The notes below the pieces were generated by a model, which worked only from the letters and a program-made list of their open reading frames with translations, was not told where the DNA came from and did no database searches. A stretch of 64,000 nt of DNA from Takakia lepidozioides (Eukaryota; Plantae; Bryophyta), in the NCBI GenBank assembly GCA_030704615.1, contig CM060733.1, positions 34,224,001 to 34,288,000 on the forward strand, written 5' to 3'. This document shows positions 12,746 to 25,532 of this stretch, in pieces; the stretch's first letter is position 1; the number at the start of each line of letters is the position of its first letter. The translations under genes and the position numbers were made by a program.

Positions 12746-14006
12746 ACACGTCAATAAGACGTCACAACGATGATGTCAGCCAAGTTAGCTTCAAGGTGAA
12801 GACTTCACATTCAATGTACCTGATACACGCTAACGAGGGAGGAGCACCACACATCAGTATATATAGTTACACTTCCAGCACTTTCAGCACTTCCAACACT
12901 CTTGCATCTTTTATTCGCAGCATGAAGTCACAGGAACCAGATACATTGGAGTTGTCGCTTACCCAACTACCAGATCAGCCGTTCCGACTCTCACGACCTT
13001 CAACATCACCCGGACGCTCTTGAGACGATGGGCCACCAATGCGACGCGTACTTCATCATCTGGACCCCGTATGACGGCAAGTGGAGCCTACTCGAAGTCT
13101 GATAATTCTGTTGGAGGTTGAGGCTTCGGACCCAGAGGGCAACGAAATCATGTTTGAAGACAGCTTCGAAAATCAGAATGCTTAAATCACTGCGTGGTCC
13201 CAAGTTCAAGGTGTTGGACACTATCGATGGTTGTAGGGACCTATAAATCATTTGAGTTAAGAACGAAGAGCCGAATTCTTGGCAAGTACTACTCGCCGGA
13301 TTTTGGATTTTCTCCAACTCTAAGCAAATCCAAGATTTTATCGCTCCTCGAGGAACTCGGCGCTAGAGGAGGGGGTGATGTCACGGACATAGCCCAGAGG
13401 AACTTACCAGGAGTAAATACCAGAAGTTATCAAGTTACCATGTTATCAGAAGTTATCATGACTTACCATTATTTACCATTATTTACCAAGTTATCGGGAG
13501 TTTACCAAATTATCAAAAGTAACTTGGGAAACTGCTCAGGAAGCTTCTTTTGGAGGAAACTTCTCCATCAACATACCTCTTTTGTTTAAGGAAACTTCTC
13601 CATCAAGATACCTCTTTTGTTTAAGGAAACTTTTCCATCAAGAAACCTCCATATGAGAAGCTTCTTAGGGAACTTCTTAGTAGCCAGTATATATAGGAGG
13701 CGAGACTGGACACTCTTCAATCTCGCCAACACAAGTTCAAGCTACTCTTGTTCCCAGTCCAGTACTCCAGTCCAACTTCCAGTATCTAGTCCAGTTTCTA
13801 GTATCTGGTACTCCAGTCTAGTTTCTAACATTCAAGTATTCGAGTCGAGTTCCAGTATCTTGTACTCTTGTCCATTGTTATAAAGATCATCTTGATATCA
13901 TGTTTATTCACCATGCATTCGGCCATACCGACCTTGATTTCTTGTCTAGTCTTGTACCTCTAGTCTGATATATTGTTTGTGTTCAGTCACATTCTCGTCA
14001 TTGACA

Positions 14007-15322
14007 GTTGCTAGTGGAGTCGTAGCACTTACTCCACGAGAACTTGCCCGCAAGAAGGTGAAGGTAATATCCATCTTAGCAGCAACGGTAAAAGACAAGT
14101 TTCTCCCAACTGTCAACAAGCTTTATGCGGATCCAGCGAGGTGCTGGGCCTACTTCAAATAGCATTTTCGTGGTGACTTGCTGCAGAGACAACTTCTCCT
14201 CGAACAGAAGTTGCAACAAGTTTCCATGACCGATGGAACTTCAGTGGAGGACTACTTGAAGCAAGTCGAAGATCTTGCAGGCCTCCTTGCTAGTATTAAT
14301 GTTGAAGTAGACGAAGTCAAACTGACGCATATTGTACTCAAAGGACTTCCACTTAGCGTTCATGAAGAAGCGATGCTTGCGGCCCAGTTACCCGGAATGC
14401 AGTACTACGAGGCAGAGGCAGGTCCTTCAACAACCCCAATAGAGGGCAGAACCGGTTCATAGGTTCACCTCGACCCAGCTTCAACCAAGGAAGATGTCAC
14501 AATACCAACTGCAACTGCTATGGAAAATCTGGCCAATGGGAAACTGACTGCGGTCTCAAAAAGATTGAGGAGCAAATAGTGACTTTTCAGTTCAAGGCTG
14601 CAGGAATTTGCGTCGCTCTAAGTTCCAAGCTAATGTGGCTGAAGTTTTTGATATTGACGAGGAGGAGGACCTTGATGAGTTCTGAATATCACTCTAGCGA
14701 AATCTCTACGAATATTGTAGAACAAGACCATGAGACCCGTGACCGGTTTATGGACTTTGGAGCAACTAATCACGTCACTGGTGACAAAGAGCAGTTCAAT
14801 AGTTTTGCTTCTCGAGTCTCTGGTACCTCATCGGGTGTAACTACCGCCAGTGGCGCTAAGCTGTCTATGGGTGGTAGAGGAACTGTCAATCTTTCTGATA
14901 ATAAAGGGCTAAAAAATGTTCTCTACGTGCCTGCAGTCACCAAAAGCTTTATGTCAGTTGGCAAAATTACAGACGAAGGTTACCTTGTGTTGTTTAATTC
15001 TAAATCATGCTAACTAACACTAAGCCCGATCTTACCTATGTTGGCCAGGTTCATGTCTGCACGACCCCAACAGCAACATCTGGAAGCAGCGAAACACAGT
15101 CTCCGCTACCTCAAGGCTACTCTCGAGTCCTTTGGCATTTTTTACTCTCGAAATTCCAATCTAACTTTACAAAAGTTTACTGATGCCGAATACTTGGGTT
15201 GTGTACAAAAGTAGAAACTCGCCGCTCCACTGGTGGCTATGTATTCTTACTCTCTGGGGGACCTGTGACCTGGGTCAACAAGTGTCAGCCTACTGTCTCC
15301 GACAGCACTATTGAAGCTGACC
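14007..15322 (+). pseudogene. Copia gag (UBN2), zinc knuckle, protease, then a deletion to the RT C-terminus and RNase H N-terminus
   Basis: SVEDYL...HIVLKGLP; MDFGATNHVT (protease); NVLYVP...MSVGKI. At about 15010 it jumps to TKPDL...LRYLKAT...FTDAEY...RSTGGY...[11 protein letters not shown]. Integrase and most of RT are missing. Confidence 0.85.
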
Positions 15323-18300
15323 GAGTCCCAGTTGGCTGCTGACAGGTTCAAGTGGCTCCACTTTTCAGACCACCTAGATAAAAAAGAGGTGGGTCCCATG
15401 GGTCAAACTGTAAAGCAACCATGGGGTACTTAAGAAACCAAGTAAAGGTAGAGTGCAAGGCCCATTGCATTTCCAGCCCTGGCGGCGGGGTTGGATTGGC
15501 AGTCCCCTTCTCATCCAGCACTCTAATAGGGAAGAGGAGATGCTTCTGTATACCCAAACAACCCGCGACACGCAGGTTGCCCTCATAATCTGCCACAAAA
15601 AGCAATCCCAGAAGCCATATTTCCATTGAGGGAGAGAACCAAAAGGACCTTGTTACCACCATTGCTTGATGCAACAGTCCAGATTGGCGGTGTCTCCACA
15701 TCGTCACCGTTGCTCAGCAGTGAAGTGAAGAAATCTGGGATTTCTGCAGTAAGGGAGGACCAGGCCCTGGCACGTCTAGTGCCCACAATTTGAGACACAG
15801 TAGTTGCAGGAAGAAGGCCGCCCTGCTCCTAGATGCTGCCTAGATGAGTAAGGCCACAGTGCTCCCAGAAACCCCACCCTGGTTTTTGAAGGGACAACCT
15901 TTCTGAATTGATTAAGCTGTTCCCAAAAAGGGGCTGACGGTAGGCTTCTGCATAACAGACCGGTCTTCTTTGGACAAGCTTAGCCCTGATAGACTGCCAA
16001 GCCGCCCAAATGGATTGCCATGGGCGAGATCCCAAGTTCACTTTAGCATTTTTCCCCTGAACAATCCATCGAAGGGAGTCGGCCCACAGGTGGGATGAAG
16101 AGGGTTTGGCCCCCATCAGATAGGGCTGGATTAACTTACTCCTCGGGCTGTGACGATGAACAATGGCTCTAGGAATCCATTTAGCCAGAAGGGCCTTGAT
16201 TTGAGTTGCCGGATCCAAAATACCAAGGCCTCCTTTCTTTTTTGGCTGACACAGTTGTTCCCACGAGAGAAGAGCGCGCCTCACAGGGGATTGAGTGGTT
16301 GCACCCCAAATAAAGTTCCGAATGAGAGCTTTGATTTCTTTCACCATCGAGGTACCCGGGTCCCAAACCGTTGCAGAAAACCAGCAGGAGCCAAGAAGCA
16401 CTTGGTTTGCCACGAGAGCTCGACCAGCGATTGATAGCATGGATGAGCTCCAGTGAGCAAGATATCTTTTTAACCTAGAGATGACATTCTGCATTCTGCT
16501 CTGCTAGGACAGATTAAGACCTATCTGGTGCTCAAGTAGGGTGTGAGATTCACCCTCACTGAGCCAATTAAGACCAATGTCTTGCCCCCAAGCGCTACAG
16601 TGGGAAGAGGCAGCCTGACTGTGCATCGCCGAGAGGATCCCCATGGATTTCCGCCAATTAATGCTCAAACCAGAACCCAAGCAAAAAATGTGCAAGGCCT
16701 GTAGCGCACAGTCAATATTCTGTCTATTTGAATTGTCCAGCAGTAAAGTGGTGTCATCAGCATACATGGACAGTTTTACCATTTCGGGTGCAAATGTGGG
16801 CAACTGAAGGCCCACAATGTCCTGCCTGGCTGCAAACATGTGCCCAAGAGAGTCAGCTGCAATGAGAAAAAAGGAAAGGTGCCAAGGGGTAACCCTATCT
16901 TACCGACCTTGAAATAGGGACAGATTGGGAGATGACCCCATTAACCATAACCTTACTGGAAGCAGACCTTAGAAGAATCCCCACCCAAGACAAGAAGTGG
17001 CCATTCAAGCCAGTCTTTTCCAACGCAGCAAGGAGGAAGGTCCAATCAATCGAGTCAAAAGCCTTTTCGAAATCCAGCATTAAGAAAGCAATGGGCTAGT
17101 TGTTCAAGGTAGCCCGGTGAAGTGCTTCGTGGGCAAGTAGAATATCTTCCTAATGATTTTCGGAAGCAGGGGTTGGATTCTCAAAGCCAGCGCTTTGGCG
17201 ATAATCTTATAAGTAGAGTTGAGCAAGGTAATAGGGCGGTAGTTAGCCACCTTATCCCTCTCCCTTTTTTTGTAGATGAGAGTGATAAGACCCTCCGAAA
17301 TCTGAGAGGGCATCAATTGTTTGAGGAGGCCAGCATGTAGCCCAGTGGTAATGGGCACATACCACGTTGGATGTGGTTGTGGGTTCAAACCACGGTCTGG
17401 TGTGTCATGAAGGTGTCCACCTTCCTAGCGGAAGGCAGTAGCCCTTGGGGTGGAAGTGACTCCATAAGTTACGCTTCCTTCGGGAGGCGTCATATTTTTT
17501 AACTTTTTTCCTTTGAGGAGGATATCGTTGGCTATATTGAGAAAGTCATCACCCAAAGTGCCCCATAAGGCTTTGAACAATTCAACAGGCAAACCATCCG
17601 GGCCTGGACGTTTGAGAGAAGGCAAGGCCTCCACAGCTTTCCCGAGTTCAGACACAGTAAATGGTTCTGCTAGATTGGCTTTGTCCTCATCAGACAGGGA
17701 ACAAGGAATGTTCCTAAGGAGAGTGTTTCTGGCCTCCACCACCTCGGGAGTGTGATGTGTTTTTTTGAAGAGCTGCCTGAAGAAGTCAGCTGCAATGCCA
17801 GCCATCTTCTTTGGGACAGTACTTGGGAGACCAAAGCTGTCAGACAGAGAGGGGATCAAAGTAGAAGCACGACGTTGGGCCGCTTTGACGAAAAAATATC
17901 TAGACATTATTTCCCCCTTAAGCAACCAATTGACCCCCACCTTGACGCTAATGAATTGCTCCCTAGAATGCAGAAGTAAGGATAGGTTTTTCTTAGCAGT
18001 GGGTCGTCGTTTCCCTCTTGTATCTCAAACTGACAAACATGTAGGCATTTAGTTAACGCTTTCTCTTTTCTGGAGGACTCTTCCGCTATTTTCCTAGGCA
18101 GTTGCTGACAGTTACTTCTAAGACTCTGAAGCTTTGAAAGAAAGAGGAGGGTGGGGGGGGGGAAGGGGAGGTCAGCAGAGGACCAAACCCTTTGAAGCTG
18201 GAGGATAACCTCCGGGTCTTTGGGTTTAACAGAAACCTCTACCCCTTTACCCTAGCCCCTAGGGTGTGGAGAGAAAGGTGAATAGTAGAGTGGTCAAAGC

Positions 18301-18730
18301 CCGGAGCTATGGGGGCAATTGGAGATCTGACAATCCAGTTTAACAAATGCTCGGAGCAGTAAAATCTATCTAAGCGAGCAAGAGAGAGGTTAGGAGGCAC
18401 CCTATTGTTAGACCAAGTGAACTTGCTAGGGGGGAAGCATCCAACAGACCAACCGCCAAGCAAAGGGAATCCCAAGAATCTCTTTCAGCCACCGAGAGAC
18501 CATGGACATTACCACCAAAACGGTCATTGTCAAACTCCACCATATTAAAATCCCTGCCCATAATCCAGTGTTGAATGTCTAGATGTTGAAGCATTCTCAA
18601 CCTTACCAGGGACCACAAGTCGATTCGCTCCACTTCACTGTTTGGAGCATACACATTCAGCACCCCAACATCCCCTATAGACTGACCCAGGTTCATGACA
18701 ACAAGCTGAATCCTCCCCTGGCCACTAATC
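15323..18730 (-). mobile_element. L1-type LINE ORF2 (APE endonuclease plus RT), 5'-truncated and decayed
   Basis: LNVYAPN, GRDFN, FTWSN...RLDRFY, FDH (endonuclease); PGPDG, NYRPITLLN, LDFEKAFD, MYADDT (RT); GGLGI. Confidence 0.9.
17330..17511 (+). mobile_element. tRNA-derived SINE, full length, inserted in LINE RT
   Basis: A box TAGCCCAGTGG, B box GGTTCAAACC, T-rich 3' end, 10-bp TSD TTTGAGGAGG (17320-17329 and 17512-17521). Removing it restores the LINE frame NDILLK|QLMPSQISEGLITLIYKK. Confidence 0.88.
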
Positions 18731-19159
18731 ATTCCGGATATTGAGGTATAATCCTCAATACTCTTCGATTTTTGTTGATTTAAACCAACTATCAACTGTA
18801 ATTCATTTGTTTCCAGTTGCTCTTTAAATACTTGATAATAACAAATCTATTTCGGAAGCAGACTACCACATTGGACCAGATAGTCTCTCTCACACTTTTG
18901 CACACAGACGTTATGCAAGATCACAACATATTTGACACTACGCGAGCTTATATCACGTAAGTTTCATAAAAAAAAATATATGGGGTAAAAATATATACCA
19001 TCTCAGCTAAAATAAATTACAAAAATTTACACGTGACCTCAAATGACATAAAAAACATGGCGATCTGAATTTAGTCAAAAAACTTGTAACAAAAATTTGT
19101 GATCATTTGTCGCAGTCAGTGCCTATCAAGATATCTGTGATTTTCTTAAAGTATTTTAA

Positions 19160-19940
19160 TAAGTGGGGACCGCCACAGACCGCCAGCCAATCGTAAGTGT
19201 GCCTGGTGGTCCCAGTTCTTTTTAGTTTTTAAATAATTCAGGACTGCCAACCAATCATAAGCGTTGGCCTAGCAGTCTCCATGTTTGTAATTATTAGAAT
19301 AATTTCAAACCGCAGTTTGAAAAAACAAATATTAAAAAAAAACCGGGACCGCCGTGGAATCGCCATCCAACCACAAGCACTGATGTAGCGGTCCAAAATA
19401 ATTTTGATTTTTTATATTAAGAACAAAAATTGGGACGACCAGCCAACCACAAGCGCTGACCTGGCAGTCTCGATGTTTTTTTGTTTTTTTAAAATAATTC
19501 GGTAGCACCACAATGGCGGTCCAAAATAATTTTGCTTTTCGTTCAAAAAATCAGGACCGTCCGAAGATCACCAACCAATTGCAAGCGTTAGCCTTACGGT
19601 CCCAATTATTTTTCTAATTTATTAAAATAATTTGGGACCGCCAGCCAACCACAAGCTATGTCCTAGCGGTTCCAAATGTTTTTTAATTTTTAAAATACTT
19701 CGGGATTCCCACAATGGCAGTTCGAAATTATTTTTATTTTTTTAAAAAATAAATCGAGGCCGCCCGCCAACCAAGCTTTGGCCTCGCGGTCCTGATGTTT
19801 GTTTTTAAAAAAATAAGTTAGTACCGCCACAATGACGGTTTAAAATAATTTTTACTTTTTAATAAAAACAAACCGGGACCGTCAGCGGACCTGCCAACCA
19901 ACCTCAAGCGTCCAACCAAAAGCGCAAGCCTGGCGATCCG
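19160..19940. repeat. Diverged array of GGGACCGCC / GCGGTCC motifs with A/T-rich spacers (possible DNA-transposon subterminal remnant)
   Basis: Units GGGACCGCCAGCCAACCACAAGC...GCGGTCC recur several times with the core in both orientations. Confidence 0.55.
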
Positions 19941-22538
19941 AATTCTGTTGAAAATATGTATATCTAAATCGGGAATATCAACTAAGGTTCCGCGATGCTC
20001 CTCATTACCAATGACGAATGCTAACTGAGTGCTAAATGGAGAGATAGAACATAAGATTTATAAGATAACGTGGATCAGAGCCGATATAATTGCGAAACAT
20101 ACACAAAGTAAGAATTTGCTATGCCAAATATATTAATTAAAAGCTCTAAAAATATGTCAAAGTGAGTATTACTAAATAACACTACTTTGATAGAATAAAT
20201 AATAAAGACTAAATTGGATGAATAAGTTAATATAGATGAAGAGTTATAATTTATGATATATAAATGACAGGCCACACTTCTGCTTCGTCTTTATCCTTGC
20301 ATATATGCACATCATAAAGTAAGTTAGATACTAGTCTAGCCTTAACAACACCTTAAGGCTTGGTTTAAATTCTTAAAAGTTCAAAATGCTCTTTTAAGAC
20401 ATGTTATCAGGCTGGAATTTGTCGAGCCTATGTTTTAAAATTACAGAGTACTGATAAGGCTATGGAACAAGTTGTAACTTAAAAAGGATGGTGGTAAGGC
20501 CCTGGAACAACATATCCAGGCCTGGATCAGCATATAAAAAAGTCCCAACAACTAAGAAATATACAATTTATATAATGACCCCAGACCTAAACTAGGTCTT
20601 GATTTTTTAAGAGAAGCCTCTGCTCTTGCTTGGTGATCAAAGGCTGATTAACATCATACTTACAGCATTACTCTGGATTTTATGTTACAAAAAAATACTC
20701 TTGTTCGTTTTTGCTAGCTATGACATGTTTTGATACAGAGCACTGCAGTAGAAAGAAGTTTTGGGAACCAAGCTTACTGAACAATCTATGTCATGATTAC
20801 AAAAAGCTCTAGAAATGTGGCAAATAAGCTCTGGGCCGTTGTTAATAAAAAAAAAAACTGGTTATCTTATCAAGTAATTATGTGGTTGAGTATCCCGGTT
20901 ATGTGGTTAATAGAAAACTGCTGGAACTTTGGGTTCCAGATGAAAAGTACTATTGCATGATAAATTTAAACATCTAATTGTTTGCTTAGATGCCATACTT
21001 AGCTTATAATTCTAAAACAGGCATAAAAACAGGCTGGTAACACTTGTTTAGCATACTTTCTTATAATATAAAGTTGGATTATTATAAAGAGGGGGTCTTC
21101 TAAATAATCCCACGCTCCCACCCGTATTTTCTTGTTATTGAAATCTACCAGGTAGATTCTTTGTTTTTGAAACGTAATGGAGGTCATCATAAGATTTGAT
21201 TTGAAGTGGAGTCTGACTGATAATGCCTCTTCATAAGGTTGATTTGTCGTGAAAATTGACAACGACCATGTTTGGTCCTATCCATGTTCCAACAAGACAT
21301 AGTATTCTCTCTCTATGTGGCAACTTGGTGGATGCGAACCCCACAAAAGACACGGGAAGAATTAGTTTCTTGCGGGGTCAATGGCCGCTAGCACTCCAAG
21401 AACATGTTGATTGTGTTGTAGTTTATGCAATTGGTAAGTTCTCAAGCAATGTTTCCATGGTTCCAAGTGTCCTCAGTTGAACCACCACTGTCACACCTAC
21501 CTGCATTTCAATTTTCCAATTGACTAATATCTGGAACCAATAAGATCCCCAAGGATATCCCTGATGTGCAGGTTATACCCAAAATCTGTGATAGAGGTTG
21601 AAGTGGTACAGGTTAAAGGTACTACAGCATTTGTGGTAGATCTCGGGGGGGTCACTCTTCATTAGGCTACAACACCATGTGAGATCAATATTTTTCCGCA
21701 CAGGGGGTTTTGAAAAAAAAATCTTGTATGAAATATATGTACGGGCAGGGGTATGATTGGTCAAAATGTTTTAAGTATACGGAGGGGTAATGCATTTATA
21801 TAAACTTTACAAAATTTTATATATACATATAAGGGTGCAAGTCTTTTTTTTGCATTTGTAGATGGGATTTGACCCTAAGACCACTTGAGTTTTGCTAAGA
21901 TGTACTGTGCGGTTGAGATCTCTTCTTTGCTTTTCCCTCCTTTTTCACGCTTAGCAACCCTAGTTTCCCCGCGTCTTTCTCGTGGCGGCGCCAACAGCTG
22001 CAGCAACAGCTCGATCTGTCTAAGTGGTTTCCAACATCTCCAGACTCTATGTAGTGATTGTGCTCCTTCTTCGAGTCCCCGATGGCTGTAGATTTCCTGG
22101 CTAAAGATCTTGTGGAAGATGATTCCCTGAATTGTCAAGTGCATTATCAATAGTAGAGTTCCAGTGCGGACTTTGTTCAACTTTCTTCATTGTGCAGGCT
22201 TTGGCATTTTTGTTCATGTGATCTGCCAACTCGTCAGCCGCAGTAGCAATGCATTAGGTATAAACGCAGGTACCACAGTGCGGCAACTTACTTGAATCTG
22301 AATGCGGCTTGGGGAGGGATTTTTGCATTTGCAGTACTGCTTCAGATTATTCTAGGAGATCTCCACGTGAAGGATTATGACATGAAGTGTTGTGGCCATA
22401 TGTATTAAGATATTGTGGTGGCCTCTACATCTCGAACTTTTAGGTGCAAACATGATTAGCTATTTGTCAGCTTTTTTCATTACAGCTATATGCTTGATAG
22501 GTCCACTGAGATGTGGAAGTTTTGCCTCATTGTTACAG

Positions 22539-23726
22539 AACACCAGAGAAGCAGCATAGGCAATCAAGCACTTTGAGCTTGCGAAGGCCAAGCGGTACTT
22601 GGAAGATGTGCTAGCCTACAAACAAGATATTCATTTCCGCCGTTTCTACATAGCTTAAGCGAAGTCGCGACATTCTAATGGACAGGGACGATGGCCTGTG
22701 AAGTCTGCTACTTTCTTGCTTGGATTGTTGAAGAAAACAGAGAGCAATGCTGAGGTGTTGACTTCATCACCCTTCGCTTCTCTCTCCAATTTTTGAGTGC
22801 TTTTGGAAGCAATCATGCTTCAAGTTATACCCGCTCCTTCTATCAAGTATTTGCAAAAGTTTAGCCTGCCATTAACATCTGTGGCATTTTTCTTGTGTGC
22901 TTGTCATGTGTTTTGGTGACTCGGTCTTGCTGTCGACATGCTCGTCATTTCACACATACAGGTCAACAAGGCCCAGAAGCAGCGCCACCGAACCTACTGA
23001 GCACATGATCGCAGCACTAGTCGTGCGCATCTTACCTTTTCCCTTTAATCTAGCTGGTTCGATTCTCAGCCCAAGCAGAGGTTATTTTTGCCTAGGATGT
23101 GAAAATGTTAGCATATCTTGAAGTGTTTGGTAGACTCGCTATGCCGAGATATATTCCAGTGGTTCTGTTAGCTGGTTAATCTCGCTTGCAGAACATAATA
23201 TCCACGTCGTACAGCAGACAGTCGTCTTAGGTCTTCAGAATAATCACTGGTGACTTCTAGTTCAACTTGCAGCCTACATGTCATCGTCATGCCCTCCTGA
23301 GCTGACTCTCTCAAAGAAGGAGGTTGCTGTGAAGAAAGAGGTGGGTTTTATTACCATGAATCTGTTTCCGTATGCTCTTTTTGTTTGTCTGGACTATAGA
23401 ATAAAGCATTACTTGTGGGGAAAAGTACTCAATTTCCTTCCAGGAGTGGTAGTAAACTTAGGTGCAGAGCCGAAATCTGACAAGGAGTGTACTTGGCTGA
23501 TTGTTGATCTACTCATGCAACAATTGGAAATGTTACTAGCCACCAAACGTTCAGACAATTTAGAATCACATGGACTTCAGAGTTTAGGGTTCTTCCTCTT
23601 GTTGTGTCATCTGCTTATTCTATGGATGGCGATGTTTGACGTGGCAAGTGGACACAGAGATTATTCCTAGGAGGTCCCGTAAACAACAAGCGCACTTGCG
23701 AAAGTGGTGCCTCCTCCTCCTCATAG
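22539..23726 (+). pseudogene. RPL17: 60S ribosomal protein L17 (uL22) unprocessed pseudogene, 5' exons not found
   Basis: Exon 22539-22754: NTREAA*AIKHFELAKAKRYLEDVLAYKQ...[14 protein letters not shown]...ESNAE. Exon ~22916-23019: ISHIQVNKAQKQRHRTY*AH. Exon 23273-23340: YMSSSCPPELTLSKKEVAVKKE. Probable last exon ends SGASSSS*. AG/GT splice sites and several in-frame stops. Confidence 0.9.
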
Positions 23727-24815
23727 ACAAGCATCGACCATAGCTCTCATGTCAGGTTTCAGCCCTTGTCTTGTTTCCTGTGTAGTGTACTCTAGCTGAA
23801 GATCGAGTCATTGCTCTAGTAACAACACGTCCATTTATTTTCTCTCATTGTCCAAATCTATGTGCAATTATCAGTGTTAGAGGACTGTCGGGGACTTAGA
23901 CACTTATACGGGATCTGTAGGGTACCCTTAATTTTTGCACAGACTGAGACCAACAGGAGCCTTAGGGGTGACAGCAGCGCACTGTAGAAGGGGGTTACAC
24001 AGCCCGTCACAGTCGTCACAGTCGTCACAGCCAACACAGCCAACACAGTCGTCACAGTCGTCACAGCCAACACAGCCAACACAGCCCGTCACAGTCGTCA
24101 CAGCAGACACAGCCGACACAGCCCGTCACAGCCAACACAGCCGACACAGCCCGTCACAGTCGTCACAGCCAACACAGCCAACACAGCCCGTCACAGCAGA
24201 CACAGCCGACACAGCCCGGCACAGCCAAACACAGTCGCACAGCCAGTCACAGCTCGTCACAGTTTCACACAGCCAGTCACAGCTTGACACAGCTGTCACG
24301 ATCATAGGGAACGAAGAGTAGGACAGGGAACGACTGTGGGGAACAACACCTGCGAAAGGAACATGTTAGTTCACAGACACGGTTAGTGAGGGAAACGGTT
24401 AGAACCGCGGATAGGAAGATAAAAGGGAGAAACGGGGAATGAAGGGACATCATTTAGAGGAGGACTTCTTGGTGATAGAGGAGAGGGGATCGGGCAGAGA
24501 TGAAGAACAGAAGTGAAGATAGAGAGATGATGAGTAGATGCTTGATATATGCAAGGCTGTAATGATATTGTAGAGGAGATTAGAGACACAATGGCTTCGG
24601 CCTGATACCTTATAAATCATAATCGGATACTTTTACGATACAAACACACTGTGTAGAGAGATCTGAGTGAAGCTGTGGAATGAATGGATGAGTTGATGGA
24701 ATCCAATAGATTGATAAAGCAAACTGATACTTAATTATCAATGGTAAGATAGTTAACATGAATACCAAAAGGGAAACAAATAGGAAACACCCCCATGATA
24801 CACTAGCTGTAGGTC

Positions 24816-25511
24816 ATGACTGATTGTTCTGCGCGGGCTGAGTACTTAGAGATTTCCAACTCTTCAATCTTGGAGTTTCCGCCTCGAATAGCGAAGGGAT
24901 GGGTGAGTAAAAGCCGCGCGACATTTGGCGACCATACTGGGGACCTGGGACATGAACAACCAAATGTGACAGGCATCTGGTGGGATCATGGTGGTTGGAC
25001 CATTAAAGAATTTGAAGTGAATCAAATTCCCTGTGGAACGAAGGAAGAAAGATTGTCCAAACAATTCTTTCAAAGGTTCTTGGAATTGCCAGACGGTTGT
25101 AAAGAAAATATTCTTAAACGAGTGCATGATGCTGATCCAGAATGGGGTCTGGAGAAAGGAGTGATAAAGATTTATCAGGTAGCCTGTAGAGGAAGAGCAC
25201 GTTGGTTACCAACATTGGTTTATGTGATAGCATTGCTATCCATTAAACGAGTAGAGTTTGAAGGCTGGGAAGAAAGAAAGGTGAATGTTTATACTCATAT
25301 GCATGAAGAGCTTGTACTGGTAAAGAATTGGATTCCAAAGGATATTTTGTGGATCAAACTCACACCAAGAACAGCTTTTCAGACTTGTTTGCCATACGGT
25401 TATATGGTAACGGAGACTTCAAGTATAGCCAAGGGTGCATTGAAGCTTGAAAGAAACCCAGGCATATACGAGAGATATTACAGAAGAGAGTTTTGGTTAT
25501 TGCCACATTAA
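24816..25511 (+). CDS. Extra 5' ORF of the gypsy element, unknown function
   Basis: Open 231-aa ORF upstream of gag. The ATG lies inside the 5' LTR downstream of TATAAA at about 24611. No recognisable domain. Confidence 0.45.
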   Translation: MTDCSARAEYLEISNSSILEFPPRIAKGWVSKSRATFGDHTGDLGHEQPNVTGIWWDHGGWTIKEFEVNQIPCGTKEERLSKQFFQRFLELPDGCKENILKRVHDADPEWGLEKGVIKIYQVACRGRARWLPTLVYVIALLSIKRVEFEGWEERKVNVYTHMHEELVLVKNWIPKDILWIKLTPRTAFQTCLPYGYMVTETSSIAKGALKLERNPGIYERYYRREFWLLPH

Positions 25512-25532
25512 AAGAAATGAAAGACATGGGAC

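Larger units (their letters stand above)
6873..14006 (+). mobile_element. Ty3/gypsy chromovirus (Tcn1-like), full length but decayed, nested in copia gag
   Basis: LTRs at 6873-7484 and 13379-14006 (TGTCAC...TGACA), 5-bp TSD GTTGC on both sides, PPT AGAGGAGGGGG at 13365-13375. Confidence 0.95.

Noticed and set aside
17330-17405. tRNA gene
   Set aside because: A/B boxes are present but no convincing cloverleaf; an unrelated 3' body and a TSD mark it as a SINE.
18936-18945. CACTA start as the terminus of an En/Spm element
   Set aside because: No matching inverted end or 3-bp TSD found.
23858-24321. ORFs with CxxC-like repeats (CVGCDDCDDC) resembling metallothionein/ferredoxin; also 33103-33590
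   Set aside because: Translations of the LTR microsatellite array.
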